Positions 12,079 to 25,590 of a stretch of DNA of 64,000 nt are shown in pieces (within the stretch, counting starts at the first letter, position 1; the number at the start of each line of letters is the position of its first letter). The stretch is taken from the NCBI RefSeq assembly GCF_028858705.1, contig NC_072852.1, forward strand, positions 200,324,471 to 200,388,470, read 5' to 3'. The stretch comes from Grus americana (Eukaryota). A model generated the notes under the pieces. The model had not been told where the DNA came from and did not search any database. It worked only from the letters and a program-made list of their open reading frames with translations. A program made the position numbers and the translations under genes.

Positions 12079-12967
12079 CTTGGGCCAAAGGATCAAGAAA
12101 ATGGCTTTATATGAGTTGATCTAAGTTGTAGAACACACAGTCAGATCCCATTCTAAATATCTCAGTCTTAATACATTACGGACTACAGGCTGAGATGATG
12201 CTCCTGAGTTGTAGTAAATGCACATCATGGTGATGCGCAATATAATTTAATAGACAAATAATGATTTTCTTGAGTGCCCACACAATTTGGAGATGTAAAG
12301 CTTTAATCTGTTAAGACTTTATGGACTGACAGAATTACACCTGCTGGCTAACTGATGCAGGCATCTTGTCGTTTCCAGTCGAGAGCGCCACCATAACTAG
12401 CAAACATCCTATGTCACTAGTTCAAGTTTCTCTCATTGATCGTCCTCATCCCAGAGACTGTCCCACTGCATGCTAGCAATATGTCCTCTTCTTCCAGTCA
12501 TGCTTATCCCCATTCCCAGTAGTCTCTCTGCTTTGGCTGTACTTCTCTGCTAGTGGAGACTTAGTTATGGATCAATACCTTGTTTTTCCTTGAAACTCCC
12601 TGCCTCTCCCCCCAGTTTCTTAGAGCTAAATTTAAGGCTTCATTTACACTAGCATATTCTTGTAAGAGAATGCTCTAACAGGTGTTAGTTCTGGAAGGGA
12701 GAAGTCTGTACTATTATATTGTCTCTCAGAACTTCTGCTACATACGATATTTTTAAGTGTACTTTACTCTGGGACAAGTTCCTCCAAACCTTCATGTTTA
12801 TAGTAAAATTCCACACAGTAGTTGTGTGGCATTATTTTCAAAATAACTAAAAAAACCCCACCAGATTTAATGAACAATTACTATATGGTTACACATACAA
12901 TATGGCACTACTTTTGGATAATATACCAAAAATGTTAGCAATAAAAACATATATTAAATGTAATTAC

Positions 12968-13114
12968 CAGGGCACCAAAGGCAATTCCTTCTGAAAATAA
13001 GCCAGATTCCATTGACTTTTGGTCCCAGTCCATGTAAGGTAAAAAATCTACATCTTCTTGAGCTATAATTTTCAGGATGTTTGGAGCATCAGCAGAACAA
13101 TTTTCATTAGCATC
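12968..13114 (-). CDS. PARP4: PARP4 exon: DANENCSADAPNILKIIAQEDVDFLPYMDWDQKSMESGLFSEGIAFGAL.
   Basis: Acceptor ttaatttag and donor gtaatt. Matches human DENESPFPDIPKVSELIAKEDVDFLPYMSWQGEPQEAVRNQSLLAS. Confidence 0.8.
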
Positions 13115-14728
13115 CTAAATTAAAATGCATCACAGTTACGAACCTGAAAATTCTCTGGCATTATAGAGACAGTGCCTTTTTTTTTTGTGAGTTTGAAATG
13201 TGTTGAAAACAGGGAATAAGTGGATAACACAGTACATTAAAAATAGTCAGTATATACAAAAACCAGTAAATGTAACTTCACATTTTTTACTGTATTGAGG
13301 GACAATATATCATCAGTAATTAGATTCACATGAAGTATAAAGGTGGACAGTGTATATTTGTATGTATAATCTGTTCAAATCCACATAATGGAAATAAAAT
13401 CCAAATCTTGTGCACTTCTTTTTGTCAGAATCCTATTCCCACCCTTTAAAGGAAAACAAACATAAGCATTATAATAGATGTGCTTAAAATACATTGCATT
13501 CTGCAAAATCATGTTAAGATGACAAATTACGTAGATAATACAATGCCAAGCTGAATGGGCTAGTTTGGGTATTTCTGCATGGTACTACATTGTGTGTGGA
13601 GGTGCTTTTGCCTTAAGATGTCTGCAATGCTTTGTTCCACTGGGTCAAAAAAATCATCCTAGACTAGAAATGAGATTAAAGCTATTATATTTCCAGACAT
13701 AATTCAAACATAACATTCTAGAAGTCTGTTTTTTGAGAGGCATCATATCAACAAGGGGAAACTGAATCTTTTGAAGAATTGCAAAAACAGCTATATAAAA
13801 ATCAGAATGACAGATGATCATGATCTGTTGACACCCTTTGTAAACAACTAGCTCATGAAATCACACAGGTGTTCCCTTGCTAATCTGCAACATATTTTTT
13901 CTTCTGAATATTGCTTCTGTTATGTACCAGATGGAATATTCAGGTGCATTACAGAAAGATATTTAAATTGACTCACTTGAATTACCTTATTTTGAAGAGT
14001 AGTCCTTGACCTGGGAATTTCTAATAACTTCACAGCATTCCATTTTATAGTTGCTTTTTAATCAGATTTTTTTTGAAATGCATGTCTATCTTTTGATCTT
14101 TAACTGCAAATGTTGGAGTTGTTAGTCAGGAAAGCAATATTTCCAGAAAAATGTAACTCTTATCATGTACATATGCTACTGGTATTGGGTTTTTTTTTTT
14201 GTAATAATGTAGACATCAAGATGAAACAATAAAAACAGGAAAATTTTTTTTTTTCAAGTTATGCTCTCCTTGTGACTTCCACCTGACACAGACTCCCCTA
14301 GAATGACTTTTGCCAATACAAAATCCATTAGTTCAGCAATCCATGGCTAGAGTGGCCATTTTGCTATAGTTTGGCATCCTTACTTTTTATGAGAAAGGGT
14401 TCTGTGGCTTATGCACCCAGGATTGAAGAGTACTCTTTGACCTAGCTGGCTCCCAGAGCACTATCAGGAATTACAAACCCTTGTAGCAAATCACAACAGG
14501 AACACACAGATTGACAAAGTTTGTAAAGTAAGGACAAGCAATGTAAGAGAGAGAAAAGGAAAATAACTTGCTACATTGCAGAATCTCAAAAATAATAGTT
14601 TTAGCGCTATTTTAAAAGAATAATTGTTCAGCACAAGGAAGACTAGTTTTGATATGTACAAGGTTACAGAATTTAGAGTCTTTTGACAGAGAAGCTAGTG
14701 GAAACAAGATATTATGTAGAAAACGTAC

Positions 14729-14824
14729 CCTTTTCTCAACTGCAACGAAACTTGTAAACTGGCTTATAACTGAGTTCTCCAAGCTGAAGCGAATAATCAT
14801 GTTTTTCAAGACTTGTTTCTTCAT
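14729..14824 (-). CDS. PARP4: PARP4 exon: MKKQVLKNMIIRFSLENSVISQFTSFVAVEKR.
   Basis: Acceptor ccatctag and donor gtacgt. Matches human EMKKQTLKSLIIKLSKENSLITQFTSFVAVEKR. Confidence 0.85.
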
Positions 14825-15609
14825 CTAGATGGTTAAGTATTAACAAGTGGAAGAGGCAGAAAAAATACAATCAGCTAAAAGAAACAACGTCAAAACTGAA
14901 CACATACCTGTAAACACACTTATGCACTCTAAATAGGGACACGTAAAAGGAAGAGCTTGTGAGTATACTGGCCTGCCTAACTGTCTACTCCCTTCTAACT
15001 TTCTTCTACTCCCTCATTCAGCTTTGGGCAGGGATATGCATTTCCTCTAGTTACACTTCTTTGGGTTCTATCCTTCTTCTAGTGTAAGCAGCAGCTATGC
15101 TTTATAAGAAGAATTAGTCTAAAGTCTCAAATAAGCCAAGGTGGCAATATGGTAAGTTTTTAACTAGCTAAAAGCCATTTTTTTAACAGATCATCAGATC
15201 ATTAAGTCTATCTGTAAAACACAGGTTGTTATCTTCCATCATATCCTACACAAAAGCTATGGACTTTTGCCGGACTAATACGTATTGATCTTCATGAAAC
15301 TAAAATGTTCTATGTCACAGGAAAAGAACAATCACCTATGGCCTACAATGACAGGGTACAGATCAGGAAAAATAGGCACACGTTATGGCAACAGATGACA
15401 TTCTTATAACAAAGAAGAAGAAAAGACTCTCCCAAAAGTTTTCAAAATATTATCTGGGAGGTTATTACTATATTGTGACTTTAACATTAAAATATTAGGA
15501 TTGCAACCTTCTAGTTATATTTAACAAAGCAAGAAAAACTTCTCTATTCCACTGAAATGTTTGCTATTTAGCATTTTAAAGATATACTTTTTATTTCAGA
15601 TTATCAAAC

Positions 15610-15690
15610 CTCATGTTCTGTTTCATTCTCATGAAGAATCCCATCTTCATAGTCATTAATGAAAGCTCTTGCTGCAAGTTTGTGCAGCAC
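15610..15690 (-). CDS. PARP4: PARP4 exon: VLHKLAARAFINDYEDGILHENETEHE.
   Basis: Acceptor ttccctctag and donor gtttga. Matches human MIHKLAARALIRDYEDGILHENETSHE. It is phase 0-0 and links the flanking exons. Confidence 0.85.
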
Positions 15691-17517
15691 CTAGAGGGAA
15701 AGCAAAACTGATGATAAAAGAGTAGTAACTTTTTTTTTTTTTTAAAATTCTTCATTTCATTTATGAGGTCCAGCTTCAGGCAATTAACTTTCATATTTAC
15801 ATAGAACCTCATTTTCTAAGGAAAGGTCAAGCTAATTCTGCATTTGAAAAGCAATCACAACCTGCACCTAAGGTACATTTTTATTTCATTAATTTCAGCA
15901 AATTAAAAAATACCCAGGTCTTTACTTGTTGCGCACATTCTCTCTAGAGTCAAGGTGAGGGAAAAAAAAAAAGTGAGCATGCAAACAAACAGAAAAATTC
16001 TACCAGACAATTAGTATCAGCTCAAAACAGCTAACTAAAACAGGTAGGAAGAATGCTCCTGGATGTACACATTTTTCTCCACTGACTGTAAACAAAGCCT
16101 GGACAACTACCTCAGATTTAAACAACAATATCTATATACATGAAGTAAATTAATCCTATCCATAAAAATACAGAACTTGGGGGAAAAATAAACAGTCTAG
16201 ACTGTTCAACTTTAAAAAAAAAATCAGGTCTGCCAAAATCAAGTAATTTTTGATCTGAGGGGTTGTACACAGAAAAGGCAAATACTGAACTGTCCTAACC
16301 AGAAATTTACTTTTTGAACTAAACTAGTCTTTCATAGAAAAGAAAAACAATTTTGGTCTTTTCAATATGTTAAAGCTAACAAAGAGAGGGAGCTTTGTAG
16401 GGGCAATGTGGTAAAGTCCAGCTGTATTCCAGTTTCCATTGCCAAAATATTCCCACTGGCTCATTTTTGGAAGAATATCATAGATACTAAAGAGAGCCAC
16501 TTCTGAAGAAAACCTCTTAAGGAAATAGTTACTTTTTGAGCTAAGGTGAATTGGCAAAAGAAACAGGTAGGAATTCTTGGATTTCATCTAAAGCATCAAG
16601 AATTAATAATTTGCTTCTAATTTTGACCCTGTTTTTTATCATTTTCCCATTTCAGTTTACACCTTTCAAAACTTACTTTTTTTTTTAATTGCACCTGGAA
16701 TTTGTAGTACAGGTATTTTTATAAAAGCAAAAATTCATTGTGGCTAGCAAGTACATTGCTTCTGCTTGCCAATTTTATTTGCCTGTAGAAGAGCACGTCC
16801 CTGGAAACCAACTGTCCTTGTGGAAACCAACCCCACAATAGTGGCTTTCAAAGTAGATTACACTAAATAGGGAACAAAATCATTCCTATCTGAAAACAAA
16901 TCAGCTTCCCTTAGTGAGGAAGGGGTGACAGTCATATCAGAATTATTACGGAAAGTTGACACCTGTTAGATTTAATAAATGGCTCTTTTTGGTTTGTTTT
17001 CCTTTTCAAAATGGGGGCCGTGCTTTCTTCTGCATAAAGACGCCTTAATGTCATTGTTAGTGAAGCAGAGGAAAGGCTACTAACACTTTACTGTCTCTTT
17101 TTCCATACATTTCAAGAGAAGACAGACTAGCAATGAGATGTTCCACATAACAACAATTTACAACATGAAAGATAATGCTGCTGCAGCTTCTTCACAGAGG
17201 TCGCGTGAAGAACAGCCAATTCAAGGATAAAGCTAGAGCCCAAACAGGCTGCCAAAATAAGCAGCGCTTCGTATTGTGAGAAGCTTAAGTTTTGTGTTAG
17301 AAAGCACAGAGAAAGGTGACACTTCTATGTAAAACAGTTTCCCTTTAAAAGTCTGAAAACTGAAGGTCTGTGTTAAAACATCAGAAGCCAAAATAAAAGT
17401 GCAAGAGCTGCTGAAAACAGGATTTTCAATTCCTGCAAAACAGCATGAAGGAGCACGTAGTTGTTTAAAGCAGCTTGTCTCACTACGGCATGTACAAATT
17501 ATGTTGGCCAAACTCAC

Positions 17518-17598
17518 TGTTCCTGTCGTCTTCTGTAGTTCAGTAGTTGACACCACGGTCTCGAGTTCTTGGTTATTTATTACTGCTCTTAGGGTGGC
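17518..17598 (-). CDS. PARP4: PARP4 exon: ATLRAVINNQELETVVSTTELQKTTGT.
   Basis: Acceptor ttcttgtag and donor gtgagt. Matches human ATLCALIQEKEFRTMVSTTELQKTTGT. Confidence 0.85.
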
Positions 17599-17996
17599 CT
17601 ACAAGAAAAAAAAAAAACAACCCAAAACTGTTTCCTTCTCTCTCATGCTATGTTATCAGCACACATGCGTGCTGTTCTGTCTCCCAAATATAACTCAAAT
17701 CTGTAAGTCTTTGCATGTCTAGGATTAGACATGTCCCCTAAAACAAGGGGACAATCACAAGTAAAGGAATCCTGTATTTATCAAAGCACAATTATATGAA
17801 CATTAAATTTTTCCTCTCTACTTTTTAGAGGAAGGACTAATAATGACCATTAAATAGTAACTTAATTATATTTAGCAATGAAAAAGAAGCTAAGTGCATG
17901 CTGCAGAGAGGCTGTATAATAGAATATAATATTTCCTTTGTGATTGTTTTACATTTGAATTTCTATCCAGTAGTGCATGTGTATTCCAGTCTTTAC

Positions 17997-18167
17997 CTGA
18001 GTACAGTGAGGGATGAATCCATAGACAAGAAGTCTCTCATTGTTAAATAAAGACCGTATTTGAGCAGGAGCCTGCATTGGCTCTAGTGCACCTATATTAA
18101 ACTGTTGCCATTTAATAGAAACTGAACTGCATCCTGGAGAAAATATTCTAGATACTTGGCTCTGTAT
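17997..18167 (-). CDS. PARP4: PARP4 exon: IQSQVSRIFSPGCSSVSIKWQQFNIGALEPMQAPAQIRSLFNNERLLVYGFIPHCTQ.
   Basis: Acceptor ctttacacag and donor gtaaag. Matches human ...RLCSPSCHSVSVKWQQLNPDVPEALQAPAQVPSLFLNDRLLVYGFIPHCTQ. Confidence 0.85.
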
Positions 18168-19029
18168 CTGTGTAAAGAAGCAAAACAATTTAGTAGGCTT
18201 TCAAAAGAAAACATAATCTCTCAATAGAAAATCCCATGTGAATGGAACTAATTTTTCTTTTTTTTTTTTAACAACTAAAACAAGCCACATACTATTACTC
18301 ATAAAAATTAGTCTAATGTTTAGAGGTAATAAGGAGAATCACTCAGCCATTATTGTACTGGTTTCTGGAATAATGAGCTTTCTTTTAAGTAAAAGCTGAA
18401 ATTTGAGAGTAAAGTTTCTATTAATCAGGGTTGCCAAAGAGGGTGGGGAACATGGCCTGCTACACTTAGCACCATCTCCTACATGTGAACTCTGAGAAAT
18501 GTGAACAGTTCTGCACATCTCCATGGCCTGCTCTGGATAGTTCTGCATATATCCCTCAAATGACAGCCAAAATAGCAAGAGGAGGAATCTGTGCTTTTAT
18601 CCATTCCTCCAGGCAAACATGTGCCAGATCCTAACCTTGCTGCAGCACCTTCTCTACTGTCCCTGTTCCAGGAGGGACCAGATTCAAGGCGTAGGACAGT
18701 GCTGTAGACACATAAATACAGAGGGAAACTGCATAGCAGCACGCATGGGGTCCTAATTGCCTGAAACTTCTCGATGCACCAACAGTCAAAAGTTATAGAA
18801 TACAATTGCTACAGGCCTCATCACTATAGCATGGCCAATGTAGATGGGCTGTGACCTATGACAGAAGTAAAGCCATGTTTTTCCAGTCAAGGACAATTAT
18901 TTATATAGCTTGACATTTTAAAAACTTTTTCCAAGTTGGTATTATTGCACTTACCAAGAAAAGTACAGGAGCCCTCTCAAAAATAATAGAAAAAATAAAA
19001 TAAGTCATGGCTTTCTTGTTTTCTTTTAC

Positions 19030-19145
19030 CCATGCAGTGACCAGTCTGAATGAGAAGGCAGGGCAACTGCAGGGACAAATGCCCTCCCTTATGGAAGAAC
19101 TGAGGGTTCTCTACAGCTCTCATGCCCCTTTCTATAGCATGTGTT
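19030..19145 (-). CDS. PARP4: PARP4 exon: (G)THAIERGMRAVENPQFFHKGGHLSLQLPCLLIQTGHCM(G). The 5' boundary is 19145 or 19149 (adjacent AGs).
   Basis: Only the acceptor at 19145 restores the frame after the phase-2 donor of the upstream exon. Weaker similarity to human STANRHVLRILSQCGAGVFEYFNAKSKHSWRK. Donor gtaaaag. Confidence 0.5.
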
Positions 19146-21664
19146 CTTGCTGAAAATAAGACACCTTTGTAATACACAAATTAAATACTACTCTTTCTCA
19201 GTAACAATTTATATTTAAAATAAAAGAAGGCTTAAGAGACAAGTATCTCGCCCTTCCACCTTCTATCAAATGTTTCTTGAACTATCTATTTTATCGTAAT
19301 AGCAAAGCTACGTGATCCCATGAAAAGTAGCAATTCTCATTTTGAGATACTGAAGATATGCAGTATCAGATATTGATATATCAGACAGATCACATACTGA
19401 ATATAGTCAAGATTTATAAATGTACCTTTGCCTCCCAGTTATACTTTGATTTTGGGTCAAAGTATTCAAATGCTCCAGCACCGTATTGGGACAAAGATCT
19501 CAGCATGTGACGATTTGCTGTGGAACTAACAAAAAAATTTCTTTATGTAATTATTGAATTAAATTGTTCATCTGATTCTATTTGTAAGTATTTTGGTTTT
19601 AATTAGTACTGCAAGTTTTTTGAATCTGAATTTTTAAAATTCTATCCCTTTTTCAGGGGACAGACCAACTGAAAGCAACTGAGCCACTGAATGTGCTGCT
19701 ATATTAGAGATTTCCTGACAACATCAGAGGAAATTACATGGTACATGAGTTTTTACATGTCACAGTGCAGGGCTGTGCAGAGAAATTAACTTAGTTTCAA
19801 ACACCAATAAGACTGCATTAAAATGATGCTGATCTTAAACTAATTAGCCTCAATCTCAGCAGAGCTATTTAGCATGGACACAGCCATCTCACAGCCAAAT
19901 CCAGTGTCAGCTAGAGAATGGTACTATCTGAACAACATGGATATAACCACTATGGTAACACTTACTAGCCTGATAGAACAGCAGGCTCTGCTCACCAATA
20001 GTCTGACTATTGTGAAGCTACTTCGTAGGTATATACACAAATGAAAGCTTTATAGAGGATTAAAGGAGAACAATTAAGCAGATGAGAATTCTTTTGTGTG
20101 AGAAACAGCCCAGTATGTCTTGAATTTTTGCCAGACACAAAGTAGACTCATTCCTCAACAGGACCATAGAACTGTCTTAGTGCCCTAGTGAATCCACACC
20201 AAAACCCCTCAAGGCAAAATTAAATAGTACAATTGTCTCTATGCTAAGAACACATAATATCTTGGGTTTAAAGTTTACTGGTCTTTTAAAAGTCTTTCTA
20301 TAGATTTTGCTGCCTTGTACAACTCTGTAAAGTACAAATCTTGCACTATTTAAAAATGGGTTTTTTTCATTTACTGAGAGAGAATTATCATAAATAAAAC
20401 AGATGTAGTATTCTTTATTAATTCAGCCTTCTAGAAAACATTCTGTCTACACACGAGTATGAACCAGAGTGAACTTCTCTTTTACACTTCTTCACCATTA
20501 TTACTGTACCAATGTAACACGTTAAATGCAGACCCTGCCTACTGAAAGCAGATTGTTGCACACTAGCACATTAATGTTAGGGGCCAGGAGGAACCATTGA
20601 AGCTATGCCCTCTCAGACTACCAGCACTGAGGTAAGCCATTGCCACGCATAGTTCCATCATACCAATAACCAATAATCAATGACCCTAAATATGCTGAAC
20701 AGGAACACAACAGGAATGTATGTATGTTGAAAATAGTGTCAGTGTGCTGCTAATAGACACATACAATCTGCTCTTTATTATGTGGTGATGCAAATTCTAT
20801 TCTAGTCATAACATATGATTACTCTGAAGTGCCCTGGGATGTCTGGTACCCGGCCTGAAGGGTGTGCTTGCCTAGTGCTGGGAGAGGGCCCACAGCCGTC
20901 AGACCTAGGGAATGTTGTCAGAGCTATGGTGAAGGTGACATAAAAAACCAAAAAAGCTCTAGAAGAACATGACCCTCACCACTGGTCTTTATTATGATGT
21001 ATCCTTGCCAAGCCTCCCAGGATATGGTAAGAACCTCCCTGAACCTTTCCCATTTTTATGTGAAATATGTAACTGTGACCCATTTTTTTTTTCTTTAAAA
21101 AGTTGTTTCAGTCATATATATATCTTTCCAGTTTGTTGTTACTGAAAACAGTCAAACTACATTACAATTCATTTCAGTGAGGTTTTGCCTGTTCCTCTGA
21201 TGGCTGAGAAGTCTAGTGCTTACTTTGTCTTTAAGTAAATACCTTACAAACAAATGAAAATTAAATAATAAAATGATACAACTATTAACATTGCATTGAA
21301 ATTGCACTATTAAAATGAGACTACACCAAAACATGAAATGCAAAATTTTAAAACATTAACTCTTGTATTGTCCAATTAAACTCTTAAATAGTAAAGTAGT
21401 TATAATGAGGAAAGATATGAATATGTAAGACTACCTGGACATGGAATTAACGTTATTGTAGGTATCTGATCTTTGAAATTCCTTACATATTTTCCATTCC
21501 ATTATTAAAGGTACACAAACATTTCTACATTTAATCTAAACCTACATATATATTTAAGACAGTACACTCAGGCATCTGACAGTTGTCAGCTTATTAGCCT
21601 CTCACTTTGAATAAATTATCAATGATTTTAAACAAATGCAATTGCTAGCTAACTTTGTACTTAC

Positions 21665-21852
21665 CCAACACCACATGTAAATAACCTTGTATGTTGGACA
21701 TTATCTTTCACAATCTGGAAGGTCACACTCTCATTCTGAATATGTCCATCTGATATTAGAAGAATGTTACGGTGTCCTTGAGAAGGAAATAGCAGGCTTA
21801 AGTAATGTAAGGTCTTCCATAAATCAGTGTTTCCCAATGTTGCAGTAGCAGA
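21665..21852 (-). CDS. PARP4: PARP4 exon (vWA domain): SATATLGNTDLWKTLHYLSLLFPSQGHRNILLISDGHIQNESVTFQIVKDNVQHTRLFTCGVG.
   Basis: Acceptor acttttcag and donor gtaagt. Matches human SATPTMGNTDFWKTLRYLSLLYPARGSRNILLVSDGHLQDESLTLQLVKRSRPHTRLFACGIG. Confidence 0.85.
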
Positions 21853-23560
21853 CTGAAAAGTCAAGTATTACAATTTTAGTTTGAATTTATTTTTTCCTAA
21901 AATAACATATAATGTATAATTTAATATTTATTTCATTACACGACTCCTGGTTTCCAAATATAAATTATTACTTCTCAAGTTTTATTTGCTCCTGCTCTTC
22001 TATAATTAGTATTGGAGATAGAGCTTAAGGTCCATCTAGTCCTGTATCTTCTCTGGCTCAGGCAAAAGGCACAGGCAAAATAGGTAAGAAAAAAAGATAA
22101 ATTTTTCTCCTACATTATTTGCAAAGCTTTTAGTAATCAGTGGTTTGGGGACTTCTTGAACTGGTGTTTTCATCCAGACTATTGCACCTAAAAGCTATTT
22201 ACAGCTCTACCTTTTAATTTGCCTGACCCACTTTCTGAACTGAATTACAGTTTATCCTCTACATCAAGCACAACAAGAAGTTCTGTTATATTTATTATGC
22301 ATGAAAAGGACTGTGTAAGGATTCACGAGAGGCTAAAAAAAATCAGGATGAATCCGCTCCTTGTACAGTATATATCTGTTCCATATATCTGGCCATGTTT
22401 GTTTTCTGTCTCCCTACCTCTTCAATTTGAGATGGAACAACCAGAAGTGCATACAGCATTCAAGAAGCCACAGCAATACAGATTTACACAGCTACCTGTG
22501 TACCTTTCTGATTGCTACTGAACACTGCGGTACCATTTAAGAATGACTATTCACAATGGCTCCAGCATCTCTTTTCTGGGTGAAGCCCAGCCATGTACAG
22601 GTATAGTTAGTGTTGTTTTCCCCTTTGTGTTACTCTGCACTGATCACCATTTGCATTTTAACATCCCATTTTCAAGACACCCATTATATTAGTATCTTAG
22701 GCATTATGCTAGCATCAAGGAGCTTTAGTTGCAAATGAGAAGCCTAATTCTAGCACTCACAAGATACAGTACTAACCAAAACCTCTTGTCCTAAGTAGTC
22801 TACATCTGATCTTTTGGTGCCAAAAGCATCTTCCTTTCACTGAAAGTCCTTTGGCCTAAGTGCTGCCTTCACTTACAAATTATAGATTTCCAGAGGGAAG
22901 TCTATCATTTCCTCTCTTTCCACTGTGAGCAGGCAATGAGAGGTACGAAACTCCAAAAGATAAATTTAGGGGGAAACACTGAAAAATATCCTAACACTGA
23001 TAGCTACTCAGCTTCAAAATAACAACTTAAGCAATCTCTTAAAACCAAACTGAAATTAATATTCAGATGTGGCTGTGCTTGTTACTAGGGAAAATAGACT
23101 TCAAATAGACTAAATTACAGAAAAATCTTAGAAAACGGCCTAAAGAAAAAGAAAAAAAAAGAGGAAAAGCTGCATAACAGAGTTTCGCAATGATAAGTAT
23201 CCCATACAAAGAAGCGTTCTTTAGAATACAACCAAACTCATTTACTTACTGTAATAAACTCCTTCAGTGATGCCAAATCATTTATGATGTTCATTGAACA
23301 AGAAGAAAATTCTGTGAAATCTGTGAATAAAGATTGATATTAAGAGCACTGAAATATTAAGCATGTAGCAACAATATGGAAACACAAGTTTAAGTTTTAT
23401 GACTGGAATATCAGAGTAGAAGTATTCCATACTGCTACATGTTCCCGGTTGCAGCTCAGTGTATTATGCTGGTTTGATAATAATGATATACATAAAATTA
23501 AGCCGTGACAAGAAGGTAAAAACGGTGGCTCTCAGGTAAAAAGGAAATAGAGGAACTCAC

Positions 23561-23756
23561 TTGTGCCAAATTTGACTACATTCACTCTTTGTCTGACCCA
23601 AAATAGTTCCAAAACACATAAAGCAATCTGCTTTGCTTGGTGTAGAGCTGAACCTGCCATAGAATTCGAGCAATCTAATAAAATAATAATTTCACTGGAC
23701 AGCTGCTGTTCTTGAAATGCTGTTTCAAACTCTGGTTGGAATACAAGCATGCAAGC
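23561..23756 (-). CDS. PARP4: PARP4 exon (vWA domain start): ACMLVFQPEFETAFQEQQLSSEIIILLDCSNSMAGSALHQAKQIALCVLELFWVRQRVNVVKFGT.
   Basis: Acceptor ctccctctgcag and donor gtgagt. Matches human EACMLVFQPDLDVDLPDLASESEVIICLDCSSSMEGVTFLQAKQIALHALSLVGEKQKVNIIQFGTG. Confidence 0.85.
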
Positions 23757-25452
23757 CTGCAGAGGGAGAAACAAAATAATCAGCGCAGTGGACAAATACT
23801 ATATTGTTAGAAATGTACCCAAGCATCTTCATTTTTCTTATTATGGAATGAGCAGATATAGCCATATTTCAAAGTTTTAACCAATATATGTCATTTACTC
23901 TTAATGCCTGAGAAGTGCAAATTCCCTGTCCTTTACCTATATCCCAGGTCTCATATGAAAAACTGAAAAAGGAATTTTGTGGTTTCATGTCCCTATCTGA
24001 TTCACTCTTCTGCAAACAGCACTGGATTCTCTTCTACAAGTTACCAAAAAAAAAAAAATCACAGATATCACCTTTTATAATCATCACTGCCACCATAAAT
24101 TTGTGAGAAGTACTAGAATTAAAAAAATATGTAAACCAGAAGTGCATATTGTCCTTGTCATGAACAGAGATGCTATAAAAAACAAAGGCTTTCAAAAGTG
24201 AAACAATTAAATGCTTCAAGGAGTGAAAGTGTTTCCAATAGGGAAGAAAAGATTTGCACTTTGGAAACACAAATAGGAATCTCTTTCTTTCTCCTTTCCT
24301 TGGGAGAATACCAGTATTACTGCAGTCATCGGAAAGTAATCCCTAAACTAATACATTTAAACTAAGCAACTCTGATTAAAAGGAAGAAAAATAAAAGACA
24401 TCATTGTAGGAAGGAAAACAATCTTATCTGTCATTTTACTTATTTTAATCAATTTCCACATTGGATTGACAGATTAAAACACCAAAACTTTACATTTCAC
24501 CTCTGCAGCATTTCATCTTATTTTAAATAAATAAATATATAAATACAAAGGTGATGAAAATAACTGAAAGTGCCAAGGACTTCACAGGTAATACGAGAGA
24601 TTGATAAAGCTTCCAATAACCAGTAATAACCTGTTTTACGACACCCTTTTAAGTTTTAAATGTATTTCTCAGGCAAGTAGTATTGTGCATGAAGGTAAAA
24701 TGGTTGAACTAATTCTTCCTTTCCTACCTAACCTTTTATTAATGTTTTTCAGTCGTGATAATGAGCTCATCTGTGACATAACCACAGGTGGATTCTGTTT
24801 CTGGGTGATCCAGAGTGCTAAAAGTTGTAGCTATGTCTTTTTCACTTATTAGTGAAAAAGAAAAGAGTAAAATGCCTTTGAGAATAATCACTGCAGTAGT
24901 GATAGCTACAACAGAATGCAACATCTTCTAGGAAGGCCCAATGCCTTAAAACACTGACAGATTCTATAAATATTTGTAAGTTGTAAACACATCCCTGCAA
25001 ATTTAATGGTTTAAAATTTTACTTATTTTTAATTAGAATAGTGATTGCATGACTATGAAGCTACTTAGTTCCAGCCCCAGCCACAATTTATTTGTTCACT
25101 TCCACTGCTGCAAATGCAACATCTGTATCAAACACTGTAGTTGCATTTCTATGAAACACAAACAGCAGCACAACAGTTAGAAAAAAAGTGTTTTACCACA
25201 AGTGATTGGACACTGTATTGAACCATTTACTCTCTTCCAAGGCAAATGATAAAACAAAAGCAACAAGATTCTATGCAACTGAAAACAAAACTAATTTCTG
25301 AAGAATACTCAGCTTAATAAACCAGATCATATTAGCACTGTCCAGGTGTGAAATTGTTCTTCATCTTTTACCCACCCAAACTAAACTGTTCCTGTTTATT
25401 ATGTTTTAGCATATTCAGTATGATCTCATGAACAGTACAAGTTATGCAGCAC

Positions 25453-25590
25453 CTCACTAATTTTGTTGGGATGCTTCTCTACCCACATTCGAGGTAGGTA
25501 GACCTGAGAAATCCAGATATCTAGAAGGAAGCCGCTAATGTCCAAGGAGCTGTTATCCACAGTCTTAATTACAGCCTTGCAGTCTGTTTT
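25453..25590 (-). CDS. PARP4: PARP4 exon: KTDCKAVIKTVDNSSLDISGFLLDIWISQVYLPRMWVEKHPNKISE.
   Basis: Acceptor cttttctag and donor gtgctg. Matches human KRTDCKAVISTMEGSSLDSSGFSLHIGLSAAYLPRMWVEKHPEKESE. It is phase 0-0 and contiguous with the 23756 exon. Confidence 0.8.
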
